A stretch of DNA of 64,000 nt from Basidiobolus meristosporus CBS 931.73 (Eukaryota; Fungi; Basidiobolomycota): positions 3,700 to 67,699 of the forward strand of contig MCFE01000486.1 in the NCBI GenBank assembly GCA_002104905.1, in the 5' to 3' direction. A program made the position numbers and the translations under genes. Below the pieces are notes generated by a model. The model did no database searches and was not told the DNA's origin. It worked only from the letters and a program-made list of their open reading frames with translations. Numbering within the stretch: the stretch's first letter is position 1; each line of letters starts with the position of its first letter. Shown one piece after another: positions 42,001 to 52,030 of the stretch.

Positions 42001-42978
42001 AAGGTTTACTTGGATAGTTCCTTCTCCCACTGCATCAAGTGTTCTATCGTCACCCATGAAAACCTTCTTAATTGGAATTTCTTGATATTGGGTAAAAAGT
42101 TCTTTTTGGTGTGTAAAGTGTTGAGAAGCTCCAGAGTCAATATACCACGTCTGAGAATCCTTGTTTGTGGTCATATTTAGTGCAGATATGAATAGTCTAT
42201 CTTCAGTTGTTGCAGCATTTCCATATTCAGGCTTCTTTTGCTGATAATCTCTCTTTTTGAAACACCGGTCTGATGTGTGTCCTTTCCTTTTGCAGTAGTT
42301 GCAAAATAGGTTGCTGTTGCCTTTGTAGGGTCTTGGGTACCTCCTTTGTTGGTTATCATTGCTTATTAAAGCATTTTCTTCTTCCTTCTTATTGGCGCTT
42401 GATTTTCTTAATTCTTCATCCAGGAGCCTTCCATATACGTAATTTAAGGTCAAATCTTCAGTTCTGGACTCTAGGGCTGATACAAGGCCCTGAAACTCGT
42501 CTGTCAGGCTATTCAGGATGGTAACTATCACATCCTCATCAGTAGTTGGTACGCCCACAGATTCCATCTCATCTACCAGCAGGGTAATTCTGTTAATTAG
42601 ATTTTTCATTTCTTCTCCTGGCAGCATCTTTGTAGTAAAGAATTTTCTTCTCAGATACATTTTCTTGGCAGCTGAACATGACTGGTAGGTGTCTTCTAAT
42701 GCCTTCCAGGCATTCTTTGCCGTTTTTGCTCTTGAGCATTGAATTAGCAATTTGTCCTTGACATTAAGGCAAATGCAGTTAAAGGCACTTTGTTCTTTCT
42801 TCTGGTACTTTAAGGCTTCCTCTCCCACGTTTTTAGGAGGGCATTCTTCTCCCATGACAATATCCCAAAGGCCTCTTTCTTGCAGCAGCATCTTCATCTT
42901 CACCTTCCACACTTGGTAGTTAGATCCATCCAACTTTTCAGCAGAGGGAAAAATTCCAGTAATAGCAGTAGTAGACAT
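39034..42978 (-). CDS. Copia Gag-Pol polyprotein, 1,314 aa, single frame
   Basis: KLDGSNYQVW gag, CNYCKRKGHTSDRC zinc knuckle, WYIDSGAS protease, WHRRFGH..CEAC zinc motif, rve (HSDLCGP, DNGGEY, NGVAER), RT (YKARLVAKG, LYVDD), RNase H (YSDADW). Order PR-IN-RT-RH. Start taken at the first ATG downstream of the PBS. Confidence 0.97.
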   Translation of the reverse strand: MSTTAITGIFPSAEKLDGSNYQVWKVKMKMLLQERGLWDIVMGEECPPKNVGEEALKYQKKEQSAFNCICLNVKDKLLIQCSRAKTAKNAWKALEDTYQSCSAAKKMYLRRKFFTTKMLPGEEMKNLINRITLLVDEMESVGVPTTDEDVIVTILNSLTDEFQGLVSALESRTEDLTLNYVYGRLLDEELRKSSANKKEEENALISNDNQQRRYPRPYKGNSNLFCNYCKRKGHTSDRCFKKRDYQQKKPEYGNAATTEDRLFISALNMTTNKDSQTWYIDSGASQHFTHQKELFTQYQEIPIKKVFMGDDRTLDAVGEGTIQVNLRSSEGSHTLTFKEVLYVPEIAKNLLSVSKATAEGLSFSFDNSGCRITDQNGAHIASGIRDQNLYKLTYIPSYLEANISNLNEETPMLWHRRFGHINFDYLRKMIKDQLISGVKIDPPANLEHCEACIYGKQARQPFKSSGLIKTKKKLDLIHSDLCGPMQNLSLGGMKYLITFIDDYTRYTWVYFMERKEEALSKLREFKAMVERETGEKIKKIRSDNGGEYTSKLFIHFCKIHGIKQETTVPYSPQQNGVAERANRSIIDMARSMIHDQKLSYDFWAESVATAVYLKNRSYNRILRDSTPFEAWYGYRPSAEHLRIFGCTAYAKKLAGNQSKFEPKSVKCIFLGYCNESKAYRLYNTEAKKLIKSRDVLFDENSKFSQKMTSDDDENLISSPPIVRIESEQNNENFFTPEDSTTVVQPESVPRNIPEVIIPVSNARRSNRTRNSPNYYINEGTNLAYAYSVHVDEPQTVKEALNSPQTKFWRSAMTEEYQALMENQTWDLVKLPINQKSIGCRWVFKTKYKADGTIERYKARLVAKGYSQTKGLDYTETFAPVAKFNSIRLILAIAAKYKFFIHQMDVKTAFLNGELDEDVYMDQPDGFVDQDNPHLVCKLKKSLYGLKQSPRAWNCKIDSYLESLSFKRSNADYSIYYKPDRANPVLLALYVDDLIIAANNLETLEETKSSLSKEFKMSDLGELSYYLGIKFSIDRSTQTITLSQSKYIQDILKKYKMEDCKPAATPMETNLNLVKTQPNQESLVPSESPDFPYQSMVGSLMYIMLGTRPDISYSVGVVSQHNQNYGSDHIAAVKRIFRYLKGTADICLRYTYKDSEQDLVGYSDADWGRNLEDRRSTTGYTFLYCKGAISWNSRKQPTVALSTTEAEYMAACEATKEAMWLRKLFADLGLCQKTPITLFQDNQGCIQLDRNPTFHARTKHIDIRHHFIREAIENNLVSLVYCPTDEMIADIFTKPLAKDKFEYFRSKLGLVSMNI

Positions 42979-42997
42979 TGCAGAGAGTGACAGCTTG

Positions 42998-43009
42998 GGG
43001 CTCATAACC
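42998..43009 (-). other. Primer-binding site GGTTATGAGCCC (internal tRNA-iMet, half-tRNA type)
   Basis: Directly abuts the 5' LTR (…CAACA|GGTTATGAGCCC), the pattern established for Drosophila copia and yeast Ty5. Confidence 0.85.
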
Positions 43010-43359
43010 TGTTGTAAGAGTCTTGGAGATATTGGAAGTGATTTGGAGAACAAGTAGATTATGTGGTTTTCACTTAATGATTTATTGAATGTAAAAGTAG
43101 TATTTATACTTTTACATGGTCTTGGCATTACAAACACGTAGAATAGGTTAAGGAAGGTCCCAAGAACATGTGTGCAAAGTTTGGGGCTGTTTGGACAACT
43201 TTGAGAATTTTCATGTTCTGGGTACCTGGTATTTTGGTGAAAATATTCTAAGTAAATCCCGACAAGGAATTTGGTCAGTATTCTCTAGGATTTGAAGGTG
43301 ATGATCTAAGTGACTAAGTTAGGTGAATATTTAGGTGGAAAATACGAATTTTTACAACA
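43010..43359 (-). repeat. 5' LTR of copy C
   Basis: 350 bp; differs from the 3' LTR at 2 positions, both G/A transitions. Confidence 0.97.
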
Positions 43360-43770
43360 AAATAATGCCTATTACTTTATTTCCAGATAATCAAGGATGT
43401 ATAGATTTAGGTAGAAGTCCAGCTTTTCATGCTAGAACTAAGCTCATAGATATTAGACACCATTTCATATGTGAAGCTATTAAGAACAACTTAGTCAACT
43501 TGGCCTACTATCCTACAGATGAAATGATTGCTGATATAATCATCAAACCATTAGCTAGAGACAAGTTTGAATATCTCAGGTCAAAATTAGGACTAGTGAA
43601 TATGAGTATTTAGCTGAGTGGGAGTGTTGTACAAATTTGTAATTCTACCTAAATATTGACCCAACTTGTCACTTAGAAAATCACCTCCAAATCCTAGAGA
43701 ATAATGACCAGAATCCTTATTGGGATTCCCTTAGAAAATTTACACCAGTATCTCCAAGACTCTTACAACA

Positions 43771-46700
43771 AATATAAGCCTACTCTTCATCAATACACTC
43801 AACAGCTTCATAGATCTTCAATGTATTTTGACTTTAAGGCTTGGGTATAAACACAACAGTCTATCCCTCCCATGCTATGTTAGATTTTTCTGCAGGCTTT
43901 ATTGTTGGGCACTGTTGTTGTGCTTCAAAGGCCATACCATGTTCCCCTATTGTCACATTGAGAAATGGCTCAACTCGTAACTGTGATATTGAGCTACTTG
44001 AGCTCCTTCTTTGCAGTAAAGATACTGCAGTCTCTGCTTGGGGTACTGATTGCTCTACATGTATTATCCTCTTATCCTGTCACTGGACTATTCCCTGATT
44101 TCTCTGGGCTTTTGCATCTGTCCATCAGTCACTGCAACTAATTGCCTCATTGATGATTTGGCATGAGCTAACAACATAGTTGCCAATACTGGCAGTGGTG
44201 ATGTTACAATGGCTACTGTACCGCTTCTTGCTTGGGCAGACTGCTTTCATTGACCTATCCATTGTCCTCTACCATAATCACTGCCAGATGTGTTACTGCT
44301 ACTTTGCCTGTATGCTGCTTGCAATGTGCTAGGAGTTTCATAGGTAAGTACAGCACTGCTGCATCTGTTTCTGCCTGCTTGTCCTTTAATAGCACTCTTC
44401 TAGCTATCAGACATCTTTCTGCCACTTGATCTCAGCTTTGACAGGGATTGTGACTGATTCATGAGGCAGCTGCTGGCTTTTAGCTATGACAGCCTTGTAC
44501 TTCTGCTTTGAAAGTTTCTGCTGTTCTTGCAATATTTGGTTAGCATATCATTGCTGGCCCAAAATGAGCCCCCTACTGTGAAGAGGTCACATAAGTCCAT
44601 TAGAGCTTACTTATCTAACTAGATGAAAAAAGTATGAATAAAGCTTGCTGAACCTTGTGATTTAGTGTGTGTCTCAACAAAATTAAGATTGTGTCTCAGC
44701 AAAATTAAGATTCAACAATTCTGTTCTAGTTTCCATTCAAGCTTAGCATATCTAGCACTCCCAGGAACACCAAGCCTAAATTGCATAGCAATCCAACTCT
44801 GTTGCCATTATAGCCAAACCATGCCCTATGCGAGACTAACATCCAATCAGAATCTCTCTGCTAATATTTCAGCCACTCTCTGACAATTCTAGGACTCTGC
44901 ACTTAAGGTTTGCACTTCTGGTTAAAATAACAGAGCTGGTGCTCCAATGTCACCCAATGAAGTATATGGATTGTCTTTTTTAGGTCTTTTTTGAAATATG
45001 TCATAGGTTTTACTGCAGTGCCCAGTGCCTAGCTCATGTAAGCACCAGCAATACTAGTGAGTACATCCAGGCAGTAGGTGGGTAGTCTTCAACCTAGATT
45101 CTAATAAGTAGTGACTCTTCTACACATGGCTTTCCCTACTGATTCTAGACGTACCTGGCAATCTTTTCAACTTTGAAAATCCATTATTACCCAGTGATGC
45201 CTTTATATGGGCACTAGACTGTTGTGCTTGCCAAGCATATAGATCCTGCTCTTTGACCATATGTGCTGCTCTTTACCTATATACAGCACTTAATATTGGG
45301 GACTCTGGGCAGTGCAGGCTTGCATATATATCTCACTATGGCCAAAGGTTGCTTTCAGCTAGCAATCAAGAAAGCTTGAGACACAAACTGTGTGGGTTAT
45401 TACTGACTGTACTTGGTGAGTGGGAGAGCTTGTAGGTCAAGTCAGTACCACTTGGTTCAGAATAGCTTCCAATAGGAGGTAGTAAGGTAATAAAGACTTG
45501 TGTTTATTTTGTCCCAAATCTCCTTGTTCTCTTGCTTGGTTCAATTGGGTAGATATATATCACTTGGGGGCTTAGATAATAGACAATGTGTTATAAAATA
45601 GGGGTGTGAACACCTTCCTATTATGGTAAGTGTTCTAACTAGATAAGGGCAGGGATAGGAGGGAGGGCACGTGGGGGAATCATAGGGAGGATACTGGGGG
45701 ACTTTGGGTAGGACTCTGGGGAGAACTCTTGGGTGAAGAGTGGGTACTGCATTTAGTACTCACAAACTGCAGTCATTTATAAATATAACTCATTCATATC
45801 TTTCTTCCTTTGAAAGTATCAGCAAGAGCTGAGGTGAAAAGGGGTTAGTAAAGCAGCTAGTTAGTCAAGTGAAGCTCTGTAAGAAGATAAGATCAGAAAA
45901 GATCAGCACAATACTGTAATACTGTTAGCCAATTGCTAAGTTTTGCAACCCTTAATATATGAGATACTAAGTATTTGACAAATAGGTATTTCTGTCTTCC
46001 AACAGATGAGTGAGCCTGCCAGCATTCATACCAAATATGTTAAACAACTACTCACTACTCCCACCAAAAGTTGCACCTCCAAGTTTAGAGAAAAAACACT
46101 GGGTGAATGCCAGCAAAAACCTGAGAGAATACCATCAAAATACTGGCAAACTATCAGATGGACTTCCTGTTAGAGGTTTTTGATAGGGACTATGTCTATA
46201 ATGCTCAATAATAGAGGTCAAGTGAGCAAAGACTTGAAAACATCTGAAACTGGCAAGTGTGCATGGATGCTCATTAGTAGCTGTCAGGACAAAGCTAGCC
46301 TACCACTAAATTTTTTGTTTTCATATTACACAATGTGGACTCATAACTTTTGTAGCCAGCATACACCATAGAGGCAGTGTCCTGGGGTAAATATTAGTTT
46401 TGGCTAGTTGCAACTATTAGATGTAATTTGCTGTAGCATGATTATCACTGGGCATTTGCATTGATCCTAATCTAGTAATCTGCTTAGCCTATGCACACTA
46501 TATTATGGCTGCTAGCTAGTAAAGTTATTTACAAGTTCTGGAAATAGCATCCTAGCCACCCTTGACATATGTATTGCTGAATATACTTCTATGTCATCAT
46601 GCCACTGCTCTCACTTAAGATTGTATTACTCACCTCCTTACTTTGTTAGCTAGAACTTGCTGCTACTAGAATATTTAATATTAAGGCATGTATACAAGCT

Positions 46701-47130
46701 GCCAGCTGAGGGATGATGATTTGGGGCTGTTGCTGTTTAGGTAGATAAAGGGTCTGCTAATGGCCTGTACTTGAGCAAGCTGATAAAATTTTGATAGTGC
46801 ATTGGCCTTACCAAACAAATGGCCATTGATGATGAGCTTCAAAAATAGGACCATTACAACCGTGATTACTCACTTGTTAGAATTCACTCACACATATCTG
46901 AGAAACCTTACTTCTCAATCAATGGCAGGTCTTCTTTGCTGAAAGCTAACGTCTCCTGATAACAGGCTCCCAACCACTGAGCACATAGCTTGTTGGTATA
47001 AAATATCTGAGATTAAAAATATGGGATTGGTGCAACAAGCAAGAGGAAGGAAAGCTGGGTGACCACGTGGCAACTTCCCTCATGAAATTGACAACCTTCT
47101 GCCACTTTCTCTATGCCACTCAAGCTACTA
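43771..47130. repeat. CpG-depleted decayed DNA of unidentified origin (its last 1.3 kb lie in the palindrome arm)
   Basis: Near absence of CG, no intact ORF, no recognisable motif. Confidence 0.45.
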
Positions 47131-47812
47131 ATTAATTATTAATAATGGAAACAGTACTAGCGCGTATGACACCAACAGCGGTAGCAGCGGTAATAGCAGT
47201 GCTGGGAACGGAGGGACTAGCAATGGTGGTAATGACGGGAATGCAGGAAACAGGGCTGGAGGCTGTGATTCTGAAGGTGGTGGTGCCGGGGATAGAGGTG
47301 CTGGCATGGAAATGATAAATAAGTAATGGCAATAACGATGTCAACAAAAGCGGAGGCCAGTGTAACTAAAATGTAACATAGAATTGTTTGTAACTCAGTA
47401 AAGTATCTACCATTTCAATGGCCCCAGGATTCAGGCCAACATGCACTGGTGTACTCAGTATATACTGCTTTTCATGATTCTATTTGGCTCTCCCAGATTA
47501 TCCAAAATAACAGCATAGATAAACTGCTGCTTACGACACTCTGTAACAGGCTGCACTTGAAACAACAGCATATGTAGCCTCGGAAATGCTTGGCATTCCT
47601 GGTATCGGGTTTTGCAGTCAGAAATACATATAACAATAACCATGCAACTTTTGTTCGTTTATTAGTCAAAACAAGTAAAGCCATATTTCTTTGGGTTATC
47701 CTTGCATAAGTTACTAAAATGTACTTAGGCACTGTGCGTAGTGGTCTTCGTTTCATACAATCAATCTGGACAGAAGCCAGGCACCAGAAATCCATTGGCA
47801 GTGTTTACATGA

Positions 47813-48481
47813 CTAATAGTCATAATTCTCGAAAGGATTCATGGTAAACGGAGCTTTGTAGCCATTTTTTGGCATCATGGGTAACACCACACTACTGCGA
47901 AGTCCATTCTTGATCATATTTTCGGTGGCAGGGATGATTGTGTTATACTGAGATCCAGGACCATGTGGGATCATACAAACACGTTCTCCGACACAGTTGG
48001 GTTCGCTATAAAAGCAATAGATGGCTTCGGTAGGCCAGTAAAGGACAAAGCCTCCGTTATTCTCAACGGGGTCAATGTTTGCGCACTGCCTAAACTCAGG
48101 ATACGTGATGGGGAAGCCATCCACGCCGCTGGCATCACTGGCTAAAGAAATTGTCGCAGTTGCGGCAACAGTTTCGTTGACATCGTTGTCCTCAATGGCT
48201 GCTTGGTTGGCCGGGCTACTCCAGATCAAAAACCTTGCATCCAGCTCTGATGCCACCACCCCGGAGAACCATGCAGGGTTGCAAACAGGAAAGCCTCCAT
48301 ATAGATTCTGCGCCTCTTCGGAGTTGTTACAAGGAGCATCAACAGGGTACTCTTGCTCAATCGGTGTGGAAGTAAGCGCAGGAATCTTCCCCGTGAGGTC
48401 AAGAGTGATCCCGGTAGGCTTAGCTAAGGCAGAAGCAGCAAGCACGGTCCAAACAGCTAGGGCGGTCAAGCGAAGTTGCAT
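47813..48481 (-). CDS. Secreted 6-Cys protein, 222 aa, intronless (left-arm copy)
   Basis: Signal peptide MQLRLTALAVWTVLAASALA, CFYSEPNCVG motif, TATATAA about 50 nt upstream. Protein identical to the right-arm copy. Confidence 0.85.
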   Translation of the reverse strand: MQLRLTALAVWTVLAASALAKPTGITLDLTGKIPALTSTPIEQEYPVDAPCNNSEEAQNLYGGFPVCNPAWFSGVVASELDARFLIWSSPANQAAIEDNDVNETVAATATISLASDASGVDGFPITYPEFRQCANIDPVENNGGFVLYWPTEAIYCFYSEPNCVGERVCMIPHGPGSQYNTIIPATENMIKNGLRSSVVLPMMPKNGYKAPFTMNPFENYDY

Positions 48482-51400
48482 ATTAATCTTTGGGGTTGGG
48501 ATGCTCCACAAATACACGCATAGCATCTATTATATACCGATGATGCCCCTGCTTCCCTCCGTTGTCTGACTGATGCCTTATCGCAGTGGAAAATTCCATC
48601 CGTCTGATTTTTGCTTGCTATCATTTTTCCACCTCATCCTACCAGACACTAGGTGGCAACAGCATCTTGACCACGCCAAGCAGCCGCAGAGGTATTCATG
48701 AAAGTGGAATATTCTATTACGCTACTCAATATAGTAATGCAAGTGGTTGTTTGTCAGTACAACATTCTAGCTGCTTCCTACCGACCAACTTGGTGGAGTG
48801 GTGGTCAACACTGCAACACATGTGAAAAAAGATAGATTTACCAAAAGGGGCTAGTCAAAGAAGTAGATATCAAATGAGAGCACGAGTGAGGTATATCCTT
48901 GTATATATGTCATGTATCTACTTGCTCCTACAAAACTGACCCGATGTGTAAGATGCAAATTTATTGGTCTTACCAGGTCTGTTGTTATTGACCCAAGGAT
49001 GAGGGATAATACAGCCAGTGTGAAATTATTTGGTGTGTCACAAGATCGCACAATATGAATATTGATGCACCATCTGAGTTGTACATTAGCCTTGAACGCT
49101 GCCTTCTAAGCTTCATGTTATGGATAGCCTCAGTGAGGAGAATTGATGGTCTTTTTTTATTCATAGAATCATCATATTCTGCGCCTAGCCAATGGTCTAT
49201 TGTAATTTGGCTTCTATTTTCATTGCTCGTAATACTTGTATGTACTTCCATTTTTGGCGAAATTCGCCGATAAGGAATAAATATGGTTTGAGAATGTAGT
49301 TATCACGAACAATCTTTATTACTAATCCCAAGTAGCTCGATCAATCTGTATGAACTTGTATGGGCAAATGGGGTTCAAGAAATTGGCATTTACATCATCA
49401 TTGCGGTGCTGAGCTCTTCAAACAATGCATAAAGGAATGAGTCAATTTCAGATGGCAATTAGAAGTAAATAAGCTCGATTGTAGCTAATACCGAGCTCAG
49501 AGATGTCAGTGACTTTTGATAAAACAACAGTAGCTCAACATGAATGGATGGGAGCGGTAGCATTTCAACCAGAATTTGATGATCATACTGCCATTGCAGT
49601 GAATCATAAAAAACGCTTTGCCCCAAGTCGAAGTATTTTGCTACAATATGTGAGAAAACTAAACACACCAAGTGCTGCTGATAAGTGTGGTTTCTCAGGG
49701 AGATATGGGATATTGCAATATAATCAGCAAAACCGCTTTTTTATTATCTCTCATTGTTAGTTGGACTGGGGGAAGACACAGCTCAAATGCTGCATAGACA
49801 AGTTGTTTAAGAGGAAACTCTATTCTAGACGGTTATTTAGATACAGTAATCACTCCCACAAGCATGTGAAGTGCTCAGATGACAAGTACTATGCTGCTCC
49901 GTAAATGCATCATTGTGATGAAGTCTTTAGTGAGGGTAGGAGGGTGACAGTCACCATAAAGTGAAATCTTTATTTCAATAACTCATAATAACGAAGCAAA
50001 GTGCGATATGTGTAGCTTTTTAACAAGTGAACAAAGAGAGGTATCTTTTTGCGACAGCTTATATAAATGACTACTAAGCTGAAAAGGAGTCAAGACAGGG
50101 TTAAGTGGCTGTGGGGGTATAACTGAAGGAGGTAATGGGTTATTGAGAGGAGCTAATGATATTTCATATAACAAAGTCATTTTTGGCTACATCGGCGGTG
50201 ACCTACCAAGGTGGATCGCCGCGTGATAAACAGAATCTGTTGATCAACATTTAGATGAATAGCCTCTCATTTGCAGTTGTAAATACCGATACTTTCATCT
50301 TCCAAATCGTTTTCTGGATTGAATTTTATGAAGGATTTACTGTTTTGTCGACTACATTGCCGGATTTTGAGTCATGCCTCAAACGGTACTGAATTTATTT
50401 CTACCACATTAATTCAGTTTTTTATTGAGCAGTTAGTAACAGGAAGCTGTCGTACGCACACGGCAAAGTACTGACGCTGCTAAGTGTATGTTTCATTTGA
50501 TAGCGATGGTGTGCTTACTAACTTGGACCTGGCTTAGTGCTCCATTTCTTTCGATTCCTTTTGACGCGACTCGGTCAGGCGCTATTAATAAGTATATATT
50601 AAAAGAAATAAGTACCTGAACCAGTACCTATTTGAGCTATATATGTACAAATCAACATTCAGTAATGCACTCGAAAGGGCTCGAGAAGTGGCGTTAAATA
50701 AAATCTCTTCCCAATTTTCTTACTGTATATTCGTCCATGGATTAACAAATCGATCACATATACTTGTCATCCGCAAGCAGAAGTAGCCGTAGCAAGAAAC
50801 GAAACCTCCAGGATTTGATTGGATGGCTTGTAAAGCATCATCATTAGCGGCAATTCTATACAGCCATTCACCCACACTGACTTTCGTTTAGAAGACGAAA
50901 TGGACCTTAGACTCAGCTCAGAGGTATATGAAGCCTATATTAGCTCTCATGAAGTCCAAGAATCTATTGTCTGCCACAGTTACCTAGAATATACATTTTC
51001 TTCAATAGATTCACGATTGAACCACTGTACCATGAACGTTTTGATTACGGGAAAGGCTTACAATTGGCCTATAACAACCTTTTGAGCACCAATAAAGATC
51101 CCTGTTGGATGATTTAGTAGAAGCCAAATTTCGTGGTGGCTCTGTTACTTATTTCGGACAGTAATCATGATGAAATATGGGTGATAATCCATCTCAAGCA
51201 ACGAACGGATATCCTGTAAGCTGCCATGACAATTGTTTTACTGACGTAAAGACTGTCCAAATCAATTTTCAAGTGCGATTCTGGAAGCCCAGACCAAAAT
51301 GCATGCTCAAGGTGGGTAAAGATATTGTCTACACTACCTCAATTGTCAAGGAGAGGCATAGTGCCGAGTCTGAGTTAGCGGGCATCAAAGCCACCGCCTA

Positions 51401-52030
51401 TCATTTCCATCAATCGGTAATCGAGATATCCGACGCGCAACATATGGTAACCAGTTACCGAATTGAGTGGTGATACATGGAAACTTGTGATAATATTCAA
51501 GTCAAACTACAAATAGAAGCGTTTCAATGGATACGTTTTATCATCCGAAGGATATACTAACCACATGTGCATGCCATATTTTTCATAAAATTGCCTGCAA
51601 TGCACCCTGAGACCAATCTACTGAAATCCAGCTAGTCGGGAGTGATACACGATATAATCTCAAATACCATCTTAGAGCTAAGTAGTTGATCAAAAACCCG
51701 ATCCGGAAATCGTACACAGATCTACACAGATATTCGGTGGTCATTGGCTGGCTCCAAATTTATTTGGCACACTGCGGAACCCAGAAAGTCAACTGAAATA
51801 ACCATATATGGCAATGATGGAAATAACGACCAGGCCTTCAATTGCCAATATCAGACAGAAAATGTGATCTAACCAGCACAGGCTAAAACGCCGCTCATAA
51901 AAAGTTTGATCGTAATTGTCGGTGCAACACGTGATACCTGAATTTATTGATGGTAGTTCGCAAAAACGGTGTAAACGCATTACACTTGGTGACGAGCAAC
52001 ACGAGAGTGCTGAACATGTAAAGGGCACAA

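Larger units (their letters stand above)
38673..43359 (-). mobile_element. Intact Ty1/Copia LTR retrotransposon (copy C), 4,687 bp
   Basis: Two 350-bp LTRs with 2 mismatches, TSD AAATA, PBS, PPT and an uninterrupted gag-pol ORF. Confidence 0.98.
35398..43770 (+). mobile_element. Degenerate Copia copy B (5' LTR 35398-35725, PBS 35726-35737, deleted gag-pol, 3' LTR 43625-43770), interrupted twice
   Basis: PBS GGTTATGAGCCC; gag KLGGSNYQV; integrase and RT fragments in the track ORFs. RNase H reads through across the 38673-43359 insertion (…DLDQCQ / IMPITLFPDNQGCI…). PPT GAGTGGGAG precedes an internally deleted LTR. Confidence 0.88.

Noticed and set aside
42979-43137. 53-codon N-terminal extension of gag-pol given by the ORF track
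   Set aside because: It starts inside the 5' LTR; LTR sequence happens to be open in that frame.
33327-43770. RIP as the cause of repeat decay
   Set aside because: The changes I compared concentrate at CpG rather than CpA, and the near-perfect 8.8-kb arms with intact ORFs are unmutated.
51177-51473. 98-aa ORF (mirrored at 58356-58652) and other short ORFs at 48.6-51.9 kb in the arms
   Set aside because: No signal peptide, motif or coding-like composition. Their duplication simply reflects the palindrome.
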